A stretch of DNA of 61,978 nt, filler included, from Choristocarpus tenellus KU-1152 (Eukaryota > Protista > Phaeophyceae): assembly GCA_964200185.2 (NCBI GenBank). It is 9 parts of 9 records of this genome, joined end to end, with 100 filler letters (N's around TTAATTAATTAA, not from the genome) between each part and the next. Parts side by side here need not be neighbours in the genome. Positions count along the whole stretch, not along the records: positions 1 to 11,031 come from CAXNAD020002554.1; positions 11,132 to 18,902 come from CAXNAD020005605.1; 7 more parts are not named here. One strand, given 5' to 3'. This document shows positions 1 through 13,847 of this stretch, piece after piece. A program made the translations under genes and the position numbers. Positions within the stretch are counted from its first letter, which is position 1. Each line of letters opens with the position of its first letter. The notes under the pieces were generated by a model, which had not been told where the DNA came from, did not search any database, and saw only the letters and a program-made list of their open reading frames with translations.

Positions 1-264
1 CCCTTGGAAGGGTTTCAGGAGATGCCATCGACCCAGGGAGGGACTGTGGAGGAGGAATGGCCTACCTCAAAGATGGCTGGAATGGATGTTGATCTGGAGC
101 GATCGACTGGGGCACAGGCAACGTCAGAGGAGAATGTTGTCACATCTAATGAGCTGATCTTGCTGGGCCCGTAGCACATACCACTACCCAGTGGGGGCCG
201 AGTGGGAGAGTGAGACCCACTAGGAGCATGGATACTAATCAAATACATCACCAACTGGGTCGTT

Positions 265-523
265 GAGTGAAAGTATCTTAGAGGGTAGGGAGTGTTTCCC
301 TCTTGTCCATTTGGGGCTTGGATTCCCACGGGTTTATTGTGACATTTCACCTACTCTGAAATGTTTTGGAGTAGGTAAAATGTGCATGTTATGAAAAGGC
401 GTGTCTCGAACAAGGATATTGACACTTCCCAACAAACATGATAACCAAAATTACATCAAACGTTTAACATTGGATTTTGGCCACCAAACGGACGCGGCTC
501 TACCCTCTAAAATACTTTGACTT
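265..523. mobile_element. MITE family A (GAG..CTC, Sola2-like), degenerate copy
   Basis: TIR GAGTGAAAGTATCTTAGAGGGTA ... TACCCTCTAAAATACTTTGACTT; internal sequence homologous to copies at 42733, 53343, 55820, 57530; TSD not preserved. Confidence 0.8.
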
Positions 524-2704
524 ATGGGGTATTGGATACAGGGATGGGGGATGCGGATCAGAAGTTGCAGCAGGGGAGTGTGAGAGATACCTTGATACTG
601 AGACTTGCAGATCACATCCGAGACCCTATACATCTGAGCCAAGTTCACCATCTGAGAGACGACTGAGGTACGAGCGAAAACTGGTTGGTCTGCTTGTTGG
701 TGGGAAAGATAGACTCCTCCCATTAGAACCCAAGATAATGCGAGAGGTGATGGAGTCGGAGGAGTGGACCTTTAGAAAGGAGCTGTATATGAGAAAGTGA
801 ACGATTTGGATAGCGGGGGAGTGTGGATTCAAGTACTTCGTCCCACTGATGGTCACAAGGCACTTGGGACTAAGATAGTGTTCACCAGGAAGGTGGATGC
901 TGATGGAGAAGTGGAACAGTACAAGGCCAGGTTGGTTGTTCAGGGATTGCGACAGAGGATGGGGAGGATTACTTCGAGTCATTTGCAACACCTACTCATG
1001 CTTCTTTTTGCACGCTACTTGCATCAGCAGCAAAGTTGAATTATGTGTTAATTCATAGTGACGGGAACAAGGCTTTCACACAGGCGGACTTAAAGAAGAT
1101 CACTGTATGTGGAAATACCAGAAGGGAAGGCGAAGTTTGATGGAGCAGGGGGATTACTGAAGAAGTCCCTGTATATGATAGTCCAGGCGTCTCGGAACTG
1201 GAATTTTCTACTGGTGGAAGCTTTGCTGGAGCTGGGATTGGAATAATCTGGGGCAGATCCATGTTTGTTCAGATTGATTGTGGATGGTGAGGTTGTGATG
1301 ATCACGATTGTTCATGTTGATGACATGCTGATGGCAAAGGAACAAGGGGCTGTCTATGCTGTGGGTGTCATCAAGGGACTTTAAAAGAAGTTCCTGACCG
1401 TGAATTTGTATGAGGTGACCAAACTCTTGGGATACAGGATCAGGAGGAACAGGAAAAGTGGGACACTTGTGGTGGACCAGAGCTTGTACATAGGTGACCA
1501 ATCTATAAGACATAGTATTTGCACGACTTGTGAGCTACGGTCAATCACAAAGAGGATGGGGCAGGAGGGGCCTGTTCCAGACGGCTACAGATCAATGGTT
1601 GGAGGTACATACTGGGCTGCTATTAGGACTAGACCAGATGCGTCTTTTGCAGTTGCAGAGTTGGCATCTTGTGTGGAGAGTCCAAGTTGGTCTGATTGGT
1701 TGAATGCCAAGAGAGTAATTGGGTATCTACTAGGTACTAGAGAAGATGGCATTACCTTCGGAGATCTTGGATTGTATGGGAATGGACCAAAGGATCAGCT
1801 AATTGGTTGTACACATGCCAATTATGCAAACTGTAAAGAGTGTATTTTGTCTATTTCTGGGGGTGTTGTGTTTGGGGGAGGGTGTGTTGACTTGTGGTCT
1901 AGGAAGCAGAAACCTGTTATACTTTTTACTACTGAGGCTGAATATGTTGCGCTGTGTGAGTTGGTGAAAGAGGTTACGTTCCTCAAGCAGGTGCACATGT
2001 TCATGCAACCACTTTGTAAGGAATACTCCGCATCAGTGTTCATGATAATGATGGTGCAGTTAAGATTGCTCAGAAGGCAGTATCTGGTGGAAGAACAAAA
2101 CACATAGATGTAAAGTATCACTATGTACGTCAGTTGGAGAGGGAAGGAAAGACAGCAATTGGATTTTTGCCTACGGAGTTCCAACATGCTGATCTTTTTA
2201 GAAAGAAGGGTGTGTCCAGGGAATCATTTAATAGACATTCCAGTGTTGTCACGCGTAGAATGAAGTGGGACGGATTTTTGTGTTGATACTATGTATTAAG
2301 AGTGATTGAAGTAGTACTTATTCTCTAGAAGTTCAAACTAGGGGAGTGTGTAAAGAATATGTTTTTTGTTCATGTGTAACAGAAGATTATGTAAGAAACA
2401 ATTTAAGGATGAAGAGACCATGTTTGCGTTTTGAAGGATAGAAAATGTGTTTGGGTGTAAGAACTAGAATATGGAAGAGTTCAGGAACAGGAAGCATTGT
2501 AGGAAGTAATCTGTGATTACTGATTGCTGAATCATAGAATATAGGAATGATTGGTGGCAAGGACCCCGCCCTTTGGCCTTGGATGCCCACTCCTCCTTTC
2601 ACCTTCCTTACTTCATCAACCTGCTCTACCCAATATGGACCTAATCAAGTCATTTACATCAACAAGTCTTGGGAACAGCTGCCTCTTTAACAATCTCATT
2701 TACA
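524..2704 (+). mobile_element. Degenerate Ty1/Copia LTR retrotransposon (RT, RNase H, PPT, 3' LTR)
   Basis: Frameshifted ORF pieces with Copia motifs: [16 protein letters not shown] (1309-1329), TRPDASFAV, TTEAEYVAL, TKHIDVKYH; purine tract ACTAGGGGAG just before the LTR. Bases 1-264 may belong to the same element. Confidence 0.9.
2349..2704 (+). repeat. 3' LTR of the Copia element
   Basis: Follows the PPT, begins TGTAAA and ends TTTACA (6-bp terminal inverted repeat). Confidence 0.75.
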
Positions 2705-2906
2705 ATAATGACGGTATATATGTGCAGCAAGCAATAGGGATAATGGATTAGAATGTGCAAGTTTAATGGTATATGATATATAGTAATAGCGTAGGAAAGA
2801 GTTGGAGATATGACTGGGATTGGTACTTGACTGGCATCGCTGTGTAGAAGAGGTCAAGTAATAGTCAACTAGTACTTAATCTGTTGTAATATGAGTGATG
2901 CTCAAT

Positions 2907-3044
2907 AACAGCAGATTTCAAAAATTAAGGATGGAGCTTTTCATTGAGAATTATATACTATATAATACAGAAAAAAAACATATCGACACTTCCTCCCAGT
3001 CAATTTTGGGTCAAGGCCATCCTCAATTTTTGAAATCTGCTGTT
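2907..3044. mobile_element. MITE family B (AACAGC..GCTGTT)
   Basis: TIR AACAGCAGATTTCAAAAATT(A/G)AGGATGG, flanked by CAAT on both sides (2903-2906, 3045-3048). Confidence 0.85.
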
Positions 3045-4329
3045 CAATGCTATATTGGTTTAAAGAGGGGTGAAGGTACATAGATAGGTGTAAGTGTCAG
3101 TCATAACCCTAATCGTCTGTACCCATAATAGGTTGCTTTTCCTGTGTGAGTGATGTTAGATGCAATATTGGTGGAGTACAAAGGTGGTAAGGTAAAGGCA
3201 CGAGGAGTAGAAGTCCTATCAGATCACTTGATTATGTGGCCGGCTTGAAAGACGACGAAGTTACGTAACATAAACGAAAGTGTCTGTAGTAGTGACTCTA
3301 ATTGTCATGTGTGCCCCCATGCACCAATGGACTGATTGTCTTTGATGTGTTTAGCTGTCAACCCAAAACAACTGAAAGGTAGGCAGGTTTGGAACCTTTT
3401 GGTGTGGACAACATAACATCAAAAATGACGTCTCCCCTCTCCACATACCAACTGACACCCCAGTACAGCTTAAGTGTTGGCAGTCGCCTCTATGATGAGA
3501 CAGTCTTGACTTATTATTAAGGGTTGGTCAACGAGTTACACAACTATGAACTTAAACACTACTCGAATGGAGTCCGTACAACCTTGGAAATGTTCCCGAA
3601 TGAATGATCACAAAGACACTTTTCCGAAAAAATTCCTTTGGATCAGTGACAGTTTAGTTCCAGACTCTCCATCTGATATGCTGACCATTGATTCAAAGGA
3701 CAGTGACGCACAACGAGCTTCACCTGATATACTCCAACGAGAACGGCATGGGGTGCAGCAAATTGCGCAGGGTACGCAAGACTCTTAGGTCTCACAGAAG
3801 TTCTGGACCTTCAAAATACCTCATTTGAGTTGGCATGGATTGTCTGGTTAAAAGGCCTAGGCCCCCATGAGTGAGCCTTAGCCAGTAGGTCACAACATTG
3901 AATAAACGGGAAACAATGGCAAGAGAGTGGAGAGACAGTAACACCTATATTTTAAGTGGTACAAAATAGTATATTTTTCCTCCTCAGAATCCTTAAAATG
4001 CAACCCTGCCTCTCTCAAATTTGGTTTGAATCTGTTGGAAAGATATCTTTCTTGAAGTTGGGGTCACAACAGACCACCTAAGTTATGTATGCTTCAATGC
4101 TCCAGTTCAAACAATTTGATTTTTTCCAAGAGATATATTTTTGGCATCTCTCTTACGGGTATAAAATATTTCTTGTCATTGCTGCTCCAAATGTGGCATT
4201 ATGCACACAACAGTCCTCAGGATCACATTGTTGAAGGATTTAAAAATGAAATGACTGTTAGAACAATATCTGCACATACACATATCAAGGTGTCCACAGG
4301 TTACAGATTATTCCAAATCTGCATCGCAC

Positions 4330-4790
4330 ATAGACATGGGAATTAGAGGGATTTAGAAATCCCTTCAGTACCACTTTCTCGATAACTAGGTCACAATATG
4401 ATCCGCAACAATACCCAAAGGCCCTGGGACCACAAACCATATATATAGCAAGAACAAGGTGGGGTTGCACAAATTAAACCCTTGAAGACATCAGGCTGCT
4501 AACTATGCATTTTCCATCACCAGCATACGGAACTCCATCTAAAATAGCACTTCCTCTCTATTAACAAATTAGGCCTTAGTCTCTCCTTGTGCCTCAAAGA
4601 AATGAACTACAGATGGGTGTTTGGGTACTATTGCTCCTACCATACAGTCAAACGGCAAACAGAGACAAACAATCTTGCTTTGTGCTATGTTCAAGACTAA
4701 AGCTCTGTAAACATTGCACAGCTCAACTTGGACTTTCATGCAGCCAACACAAATGTCAGACATTACCATACATTTTAACGTGCACTGAGA
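4330..4790 (-). mobile_element. Probable RTE-like LINE reverse transcriptase remnant
   Basis: Stop-riddled translation (VYRALVLNIAQSKIVCLC; LVLAIYMVCG) weakly resembling the GLxISxxKTxxMC and LLYGCExW blocks of RTE RTs. Confidence 0.3.
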
Positions 4791-4849
4791 GAAGCAATAC
4801 ATTTGGAAAAATCAATTCTAATCAAACACATGTTTCTTGTTAAAATACA

Positions 4850-7800
4850 TCAGGACCCCTGCTGGCGCTGCAAAAGTTCAAACCATTGCCTCAGTGCATC
4901 TGCAAGAGTCTCTGGAAGTGCTTCGATGTGATGCAGCAAAATGTAGAATGGAAAGGGATAATTGTCGAGATAGCTACTCAACACTAACTTCCCTCCCACA
5001 TAGCTCGCTTCACGTGTCTTCAGAATAGATGTGTCACCCTCCCTGTCCACAACTGCATAGATGATAAAACATGGGGACTCAGTCAGACATCCATTGAGGA
5101 TGAGAAGAAAACACGACCAGAGTGCACAAATGCTTGTATTCTGGTTGCATTCATACATCAAAATTGACAGAAAAATTTCAGTTTTGCCTACCAAAAGTTC
5201 AGAGGTCTACAAAAACTAAATTATTCCGAGTCCAACAGGAAGGTGTGGAACACAAGAACAACTCATCCACATTGATTCTTACACTGTGCTAAGCCAATCA
5301 TTGCAATTTCAAAGAAGTACAACTATTAGATACACTTACCTATCAACACCAACATCTGTCCTCTCTCGTTCATCTCCCTGATCATTCTACGCAAGTTGTC
5401 CTTGTTCTCCCTGTCAAAGCGTCCATCAGAGATAAGCAAGACCAACTGTCTCGGAAGTGAACCACCTCCTGCCCCTCCCAATGAAAAAGAAAATCCGCTC
5501 CTTGCTTCCTGTAAAATGCAATCAGATTTGAGTTACATACTCAACATTCTTAACATCTTTCAAAGAAAGAAACTCAATCTTATCAGTATCCTTCACTAAA
5601 AGGAGTTTTCAATCAAATTTGGAAGATGTTAATCTGTGCCCAATACTGCACCTCAAGAACGGTAAGGATCCCTTGCAGGGACACAGCTGTGTTGGTCCGG
5701 GCTTGGTCAAATCCAAAGCCAGAGACAATTTTGGCACCTGCCTCTTCGGTGAGTGCATCCTCAAAGGCATGAAGCACCTCAAGATCTTTGCCGAACCTGT
5801 GAAAAATACGGCGAGAGTCAGGGAGACACATACCTGGAATACAGAATACACACCACAAATGCAATGAAACGATCAATAAATGAAGGCAAATACCAATCGG
5901 GGCGATTAGAATGCATTGTTTCGCACTAGTGTATGAATTTGATGTCTTATCTTCAATAAACTCACCAAGAACAGAAAACCTTACCTAGCCACAGCCACCT
6001 GGCCAGACTCTAGTTGATTCAAGCCTGAAGACACTGTTGCTAGTGCTGCCAGAGCCAGTGCCCCAGCTCCACAGTCTGCCATTGACTCTGAATCATCAAT
6101 GGCCAACAATATCTGGCGAGAAAAAGACAAAAAAAGGTAAGAGCCTGAAGATTCATGTGATCTACACATGTAAATCTCCTGAAGGTTAAAACACTAAACA
6201 ACGGATCAGAAACATGTTGTACATAATCCCATGTGCAAATGATGTTGTCTGCGTTCAGCCCACGTAAGACATACAGACAGTGTGATAGCTGCCCCTTTCT
6301 GAAGTGGTTCCTATTGCGGACTCCATTCTATCTATGCAGGTCATGGCAGATGACCACACCAATGGTTAGGTGGTACTCTGTGGCAGATAGACCTGCAAGT
6401 ATGCCCATCGAAGTCAGAGGACCTCAACAGAAAAACTTATAATAGTTGTTGACCTTCTGAAAATGTTTTGCATGCTGATTTGTTTCAGAGGCAGGTGCAA
6501 AGGTCGCAACACAGCAAGAGTGAAACATCACTTTACTGCGCTGAGCCAAAGAAATGCCATCAATTCCCCAGCGCAGGTACATGTTCCTCATCATTGGCCA
6601 CTAACAGAGAAAACCAAAAAAAAGATGCATTAGTATGAGACCTTGACAAAAAGAGAAGTATAAAAAATCTTAAAAAACCTCAAAAGACTGCAACCTAAAG
6701 GAAACAACTTCAACGTTCTAACTGAATCCCTTACATTAATGAACCTCACCTGGTAATCTCTCTTGGCAGGTTTAGTGCGCCGAAGCCATATTTTGTCTTT
6801 CCGAAATCCCGATGCAATGTACGAAATTACACGGCGCATGTTGATACGTTTCCCTGATCGGTAGTCTCCCTGCAACAACACATTGTACGATTACATACGG
6901 CATTGAAAACTGATATCAAAGCTCTAACAAATCCCATCCATGTCCTTCATGGACACTATTGTACGGATTGTAACCTGTATATTTCATGGTTTAAGGTAAA
7001 ATATGCGCTATGTAGATCAGAACACAACTCGTTAATAGCAACAGCACATGCTTTGGTGCATTTTCATGTGGCAACATGCACTCAGCTTACGATCTTTTCC
7101 TTGGATGACAAAACCATCTCCTGCTATTCCTCAGTTATGAACCTCACCTGTAACTTACTCGCCACCATAGGCTCCAGCACAAGCCTCAATTGCTCACACA
7201 ATCTTTGTGACAAGGTTCCTGTTACAGCCCTTAACCTTCCCCACAACTCACGAGCATTTACCATACGATCTTCTGCCATACCCCCATCCTGCCAAAGTCC
7301 CACTCTTAACTGTAGCTCTTGTGCCAGGTCTTGCAGATCCTCTTCTAATCTATCATCCTCAGCAGCCTTACTTGCACTGCCAATGTTAGTCACAACTGTA
7401 GCATTGGGTTTGCCCTCTCTTAGCTCCTCCTCCATCTCCCGGGCTACATCTTCATCAGAGTCATCACCTGTCCTCTTATCCTCTTCTGAGCCAACTTCAT
7501 TATCAGCCTGATTTTCTTTGTCTTTCCGGTCAACAGGTCCAAATTTGAAGAAATATTTAAGATTATGAAGTAAACGGATGACAGAAAACAGTAATATATG
7601 CATCAAATTTATGACGACCAAAAAGCTCATCAAAAATAAAAGTTTCCTTACCCCAGCAAGTGTCAGTACGATACACATCAATACATAATCCATTCAACAG
7701 AGACAGGTATCATCCCAATGCTTATCCTCAAGCAATACACACCTGCCCTCGGACCATTCTCTCGTCTCTGGTGACCAGAAAATTTGGAGGCATCTCCGTC

Positions 7801-10800
7801 CTCTCCTCTTTGTACACCATCCTCGACCCTTTCAGTATCAACATCATCAGCATCCTAATCACAAATGCAATGTAGACAATCATGAACACAGTAGTGGAGA
7901 TCCATATGAGCCTATGAAGGAGGTTAACAATGACAAGCAAAACTTCAACTAACACATCCTTAGTGTAATGAAATCATAGGCCCCTGAAAAACCTCCCACT
8001 CAAAACTGTCACTCCACACACCACCTGTACCCTTCTCTCGTTCCCAAAAGCTCTCATAAATAATCAAGGATAATGCACCTCTGACAACGGCATTGCTTCC
8101 ATGCCCTCCTCCATGTCATCATGACCTTCATTTTCATCCTTATTCTCGACAGCAGCAGGTTGTGCTGCTGCAATTTCATCAGAAACGCCACCTAATACCT
8201 GACCAAACAAGAGCAGAGAAGAAAATATCAGATATGGAAAAATAATTGAAGCTCAGTGTAACATAAAAATCTTCTCCAAATGGCAATGGGGTCCGTTCAC
8301 CACCAGGTGGTGAGACAGATAGCACGGAACGTAATGCCACCCCAAACACAGAAAACTATCTTAAGTCAAAACAACAGATACTGATATTTCCAAGAAAATA
8401 ATACCATCTTCAAAAAATACAGCACATCATACATACTTATTATATGATACAAATACATCATAGTCATTTCTTTTCAAACAATGCAGATGAAGGTGATGTT
8501 CTCGCTTCTCCTGCAAGTCTAACAGCTACATCTCAACAAGCATCAAACCTGGTTGGTTCCTTGCTCTTCCCCAGAGACATATTCAAACTTCCCCTCCTTG
8601 GTGTTGACTTCTTCCTCAGGACCATCTTCTGTAGGAGGTACCTCAGCATCAATATCTGCACCTTTGCCCTCTAATTGATTTTTTTTATGGGTGTGGTTTA
8701 TACACGTTAACGAGGGGGGGGGGTGGGGGTGGGGGGGTGGGGGGGAGGGGTCATATTGGGTATGTTTGACATCCAACGCATCAATGTATTTTTTCCTCTT
8801 TTTCATCGTTGCATATACTATTTTATTACATTACATTAAAAATATATTTTCTGATCTCAACCTTGTTCTACGTATCTGAGCTCAAAATAGTGTTGTGTAA
8901 CATGGGGCACGACTATCAGTACAACCAGTCAGGTAGATACAACAATTTCATTGGGGTGTGTGAATACTGTATGTTAAAATAGTCTGTTAACGCAATGAGA
9001 TGAATCCGTACAGTCAATTCCAGAAAGACATCCATGCATACTTCGGATGCAAAAATCCGAAACTCAAGAAAAATAAGGAAAAATAGTGAATACTACTAAG
9101 AGCAAGAATATCAAGGGTGCTCGATCATAGAACAATGAGTGAGGTTAAGTATTCAGGGCATGGGATAAAACAAAATGCTTCCGCACTAGTAAACTGTAAA
9201 CCTGAACATTTCTTCAAATTTGAGACGGGAAACTCCCTCCAATGCAAACTCGAGTGGTCACCTTCTGGAGACTTATCCTTTTCTCGCAGCATATCCAGTC
9301 GTTTATGCCAGTGCTTTAGCGCATCCCCAGGACTCCTTCATTCAACAGTCACAGGGTGCACCACAGTAAGCATTAAAAATATTAACAACAGAAGCAAGCA
9401 AAAATTCTTCATAATACTCCTGTTTTACAGACAGGCCAGTTAGACGATAGCCAAAAGCACAAGGACAAATAAAAATCCACTGAAGACCCACCTAAAAGGA
9501 TTAGGAACTTCTGGGCGCCTCTTAGTGTCTTGTCCTCGATGTTCTCCACGCCCCCCTCGTGTAGACTCATCCCGCCTCCATTCTCCTCCTTCTCCCTCTC
9601 CCCCCTGCCCACCACCAGCTCCCTCATCCTTTCCATTTTGAGCACTACCTGTACCACCATCCTGGAGAGACACAAATCTTCCAATGGTCAAATAATCAAT
9701 GAACAGAAACAATTGAAAGCACTTATGGTCTACATTAGGTAAAAGTGTAGTCTGCGTTCAGCCCACGAGCTACATACAGACAGTGTGACCACCACCCCTT
9801 CACCACGTGGTTCCTATTGCCGACTTCCGTTTCATCTATGCAGGTCATGGCAGATGAACACACCAACAGTTTGGTGGAACTCTGTGGCAGATAGACCTGC
9901 AATCCCAACTACAAACAAAATGCCAAAGTTGGGCCACCCAGTAAGACCAACCGAATAATTTACGACGTCTTGAGCGTTCTATTCATAACTGGCATGAAAT
10001 TTTGGCAAAATTCAACCCACCTGACCCTTTTGGTCTGCTGCACTTTCTTCATCTTGTACTTTCTCCTCACCAACATCAGTGCTGCTTATCTGACCAAATG
10101 GGATTAGTGGAGACAGACATGATAGAAACCATTACACAAGTAAAACACACCCTTACCATGTCAACACGATCAAAACAGGCATCTTCTAACCACAAGTTCC
10201 ACGTTTCATATCTAACTAGATTCCACACCTCATCTACTGCGGGATTTCTTTCCTCCAGCAATGCACTGTCTCCTCCTTCCCCCTCCACACCATATGCAGG
10301 TATGTCAGGAGCAGTAGATCTTTCCCCTTCATTCACCTCCTGCACATTTTTAAAAGGGATTGTGTACGTTTTACGTTGTTCTTCAGGTTTGTGTTGGTAC
10401 ATCACACCCAGTAAGGGTGTTTTGAAATTTGGATGCCATATGAAAGACTCCACAATACACAACACTAGACACCGAATGTATGATCACAATCATCATGCCA
10501 TTATTGTGAAGGCAAGCAATGTGATAATCCTCGGAATCTTGTTGAGAACTTAGAACAGGAACACATGCAACACACAGTTCATATATTGTTTCTAGTGCAA
10601 AAGACAGATCATTTGAAACAGATCAAATGAAGGTCACCTCATGTTCATCTTGGACTTGATCTTGTGCATCATGTTCAGGTTCACCTGAACCTCCCGAACC
10701 CTTTAGAAAATTGAAAGAAATCGAAATAGTATACAGTTAAAAGACATTCCATAATTAGCACAAGTTCACATCTAAAATGTTTAACAACAAAAAATTGTAG

Positions 10801-11031
10801 CAAACGCAATAGCAGCACTTATCTACATGTTAGCAGTCTCAAACATTTTTATACACCAAGTAATAGACCTCCACATTAGACAAATAACAATCCAACTTCA
10901 ACGAATTTAGAAACAAACATTACCTTTGGTTGGTCCTGGTCCTCCACCAACTGTTCTCCTTTGTCCTCCTCATCATCCTCTGGAGCAAGTGTCTCCAATT
11001 CATTATTTCCATTCTCATCTTCACCCCCCCC
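4850..11031 (-). CDS. MDN1: Midasin (Rea1) AAA-ATPase, 3' portion: D/E-rich region and C-terminal MIDAS/VWA domain
   Basis: In-phase exons 4850-5052, 5340-5508, 5652-5796, 5985-6112, 6750-6869, 7148-~7507 plus acidic exons up to the contig end. Motifs LCEQLRLVLEP, GDYRSGKRINMRRVISYIASGFRKDKIWLRRTKPAKRDYQ, LAIDDSESM, LISDGRF, YPFPFY..LPETLADALRQWFE. Confidence 0.96.
6243..6398 (-). repeat. Intronic ~155-nt structured repeat, copy 1 (candidate H/ACA-like RNA or small non-autonomous element)
   Basis: Clearly homologous to 9746-9902; on the midasin sense strand: hairpin TGCAGGTC..GACCTGCA, ANANNA, second hairpin GTCTG..CAGAC, then ACA. Confidence 0.6.
9746..9902 (-). repeat. Intronic ~155-nt structured repeat, copy 2
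   Basis: Same orientation and architecture as 6243-6398; H-like box AGATGA, terminal ACA. Confidence 0.6.
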
Positions 11032-11131
11032 NNNNNNNNNNNNNNNNNNNNNNNNNNNNNNNNNNNNNNNNNNNNTTAATTAATTAANNNNNNNNNNNNN
11101 NNNNNNNNNNNNNNNNNNNNNNNNNNNNNNN
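11032..11131. other. Artificial contig linker N..TTAATTAATTAA..N (also at ~18903, 22386, 29032, 41265, 44450, 49453, 57430)
   Basis: Identical 100-nt spacer with stop codons in all six frames, repeated eight times. Confidence 0.98.
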
Positions 11132-11429
11132 CCAACAGATACTTCGGGTCTTTTGTCTCTGTATTTATTTGTGTTCTTAGTTCTGAAAGGGGGGGAGAAC
11201 CCTTCTATTGCAGTACCCTATCTGGATGTGAGTGTGAGAGAGGTCTACGTGGTCTAGGAAGTCAGTTGCAGAGTGAGTACCGTGAGATGTGAGCATTATG
11301 CTAACATATCCGTTGTCAGGGCAACTCGGTTCTTCTTCTGGGCTATTTCACCGTCACGCATTCCCTCCAAATCCCAAGGAAGACTCCCTCATAAATAATA
11401 CACCAAGATGTATATATATTCCTATATAT

Positions 11430-11573
11430 ATATCTATCATCGTGAGCAAAAAATGTTAGGAGCTCTTTGGCGTTAAGAAGTTCTCCGATTTCCTTGTCTG
11501 ATAAATCGTTCCATGAGAGATCCAACACTGCCAAGATCCAGGCCCCCACGCCTGTTACTGATGCATAGCAAAC
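11430..11573 (-). pseudogene. Possible isolated leucine-rich-repeat exon
   Basis: After TTCTTGCAG the frame reads ..LAVLDLSWNDLSDKEIGELL, matching an RNI-like LxxLxLxxNxL repeat; no other exons found. Confidence 0.3.
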
Positions 11574-13847
11574 CTGCAAGAAGGGCACGCAGTCATGGTC
11601 ATCTACTTCACTATACAACAACCCATTGAGCACCAAGACATTCCTCAATTTTTCATTTCAAGACAGTTATGACTGGAGTGTATCTGGTTATTTTTTGAAC
11701 AAGGGAATTCAATGGGAGAGGGAACCTCGTCAAGGGGCAAGTGTGGGTGCTTAGGTTCATGGTTACCAGCGCCGATACTGCAGAGGACAACCCCTTGTCA
11801 AGCAAAAGCTGGAGAAACAAATCCATGACCACTTCAAAGTCCTAACTTAGAGAATATAGGCATTATGATCTCAACGTGCTTCGCACACCTTCTCTGATGG
11901 CTGAAAATTCAAGAACAGATGGCAGAGATGAATTGTACGCCGAAGGCACACCAAAAGCATGAGCTTCCAGTGATGCAGAACTTCTTTTGCTTCCCACTAC
12001 GGGAAGGGGTTATCGGATGCAATGATGGGAGCTGTCTTCAACAGCACCGCCATGAGACTGTCCCCTTGATAGTGCGCGTATTCCAGGAACCACTATCGCA
12101 GTAACTATGGTTATGCTAAATGTTGTATTGTGAGATTTCCGTATACGCTAATGAAATCTTCGATACAAGACATTGTAAATAGATGTTGGAGAAGTATCTT
12201 TCACATTCACGACAACAGTTACTTTTACTGGGATCCTTATGATATTGAAATGGCTTTTCTGTTACATATTTCCAAAATTTCAGAGGGCATAATAATATAT
12301 TTATACAAGACATATTAGTACCTTACATAGGTGGCACGAAGAGTCAGATCGTTGACTGTATCAAGTGGTACAATGACACAGTTATCACCGAATAATCTAA
12401 CTGGTGTCCAGGCCATGTTTAACGAAATACTCAGAAGTGAACTTCTTGGCGACGATCTTTTGTGCGAGAAATATCGAATGCACAGGTTGGACTATAGCTC
12501 AAACACCCATAGTACATAATACTAAAGTGAGTGTGTCATTGACAACCATTTCACGTTATCATAAGTAGTGCGCTTGAGTGTAACTGTAATACCTGAGGTG
12601 CAATGGCCGATTGTTTTCACACAAGAGAAAGCAATATCAGAGGGATAAAGGGGAGAGCAGAGATACTTCATGCCTACATTACAAAAAAATAGTTGGCTAG
12701 CCTGCCATCAGAAGAGCACCATTCTACTTCTTCCCTGCATATATCACGTGGTCATCGTACATCTCCAATGACTCTTGTTGAGAGAAAAAGAGTAGTCGGT
12801 GAACCCATCCATGTGTACTAATCCGAGTACGTTGTAGCAAGTTGTGATGATAAAAGCATAGGAAAAAATGTTTTTATGGAATTAGTCTCCACCCTCTTCC
12901 GGAGGTTCCTCTTTTGCATCTGTCAACAACAGCACCTTGATAGGGGCAAAGATGGAACTGTGGTTGGAGAGACAAAATATTCATACATCGAAACAACTTC
13001 ATTATTATCAAATCAGAAAGGAATGCTAAATACGATGTATTCTAATATCAAAGGTACGCCAAAGCTCAAAAATGAACAGGCTTAGTCCGATCAAGCTATA
13101 ACCAAGTCCGGCTAAGGCTGAATTGCTCACTATTTCGTTTTCTCACGCCAAGGTTACCCAACCTCAAACTTCTCATAGCATTGACAACTACTAGAACTCC
13201 TGGACCCACTGCACCAGCGAGTAGAATTCACGACTTTTCGTGGATCGTGCCATCTTACGACCTCCCTGGGGATACACAACTTGTGGGAATTCTCAAGCCG
13301 AATATACATTTTTTGTGTGATTTTGGACGCAGGTTTGGACCGACTCTGGCGATCAACCATCAGTGAGACGTAACCCTTCTCCCTCTCTTATCCAACGTGC
13401 CCTCCTTCGAGCTTAAGTACAGTGGTACTTCTTCACAAAAATGAACGCCTGTGCCTCTTAAGATCCTATCCTAATCACATCTATCCGGTTAGACAGATAT
13501 GTATAGAAAAAAGGGTGTGAGCAAATAGGCTGGATATGCTGCAATCGACTAGGCCAGTGCGCTACACAATCACGTCCCACAGTGTGTGGACACGTACTCC
13601 AATCGAAAAAAAAAACCCGTACGAGATGGACCCTACCACACCGTGTCGAGGAGATGCTTCCATACTGTACGTAGTCGTTCGCATATATTTAGGTCACTGG
13701 ACGTAAACCCCATATTGCATGCAATACATTCATCTTAAAAAAAAGTATGCCCAATAGCACATCACAATTTTCAACATCTAGACCACCTCATTTGCTGGTC
13801 CAGCTGTGAAACAAACACGCAGCCATCAAGGAACAAGTTATGCACTC

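Noticed and set aside
6903-10553. Long plus-strand ORFs (202 aa at 6903, 183 aa at 10002)
   Set aside because: Antisense shadows of midasin exons.
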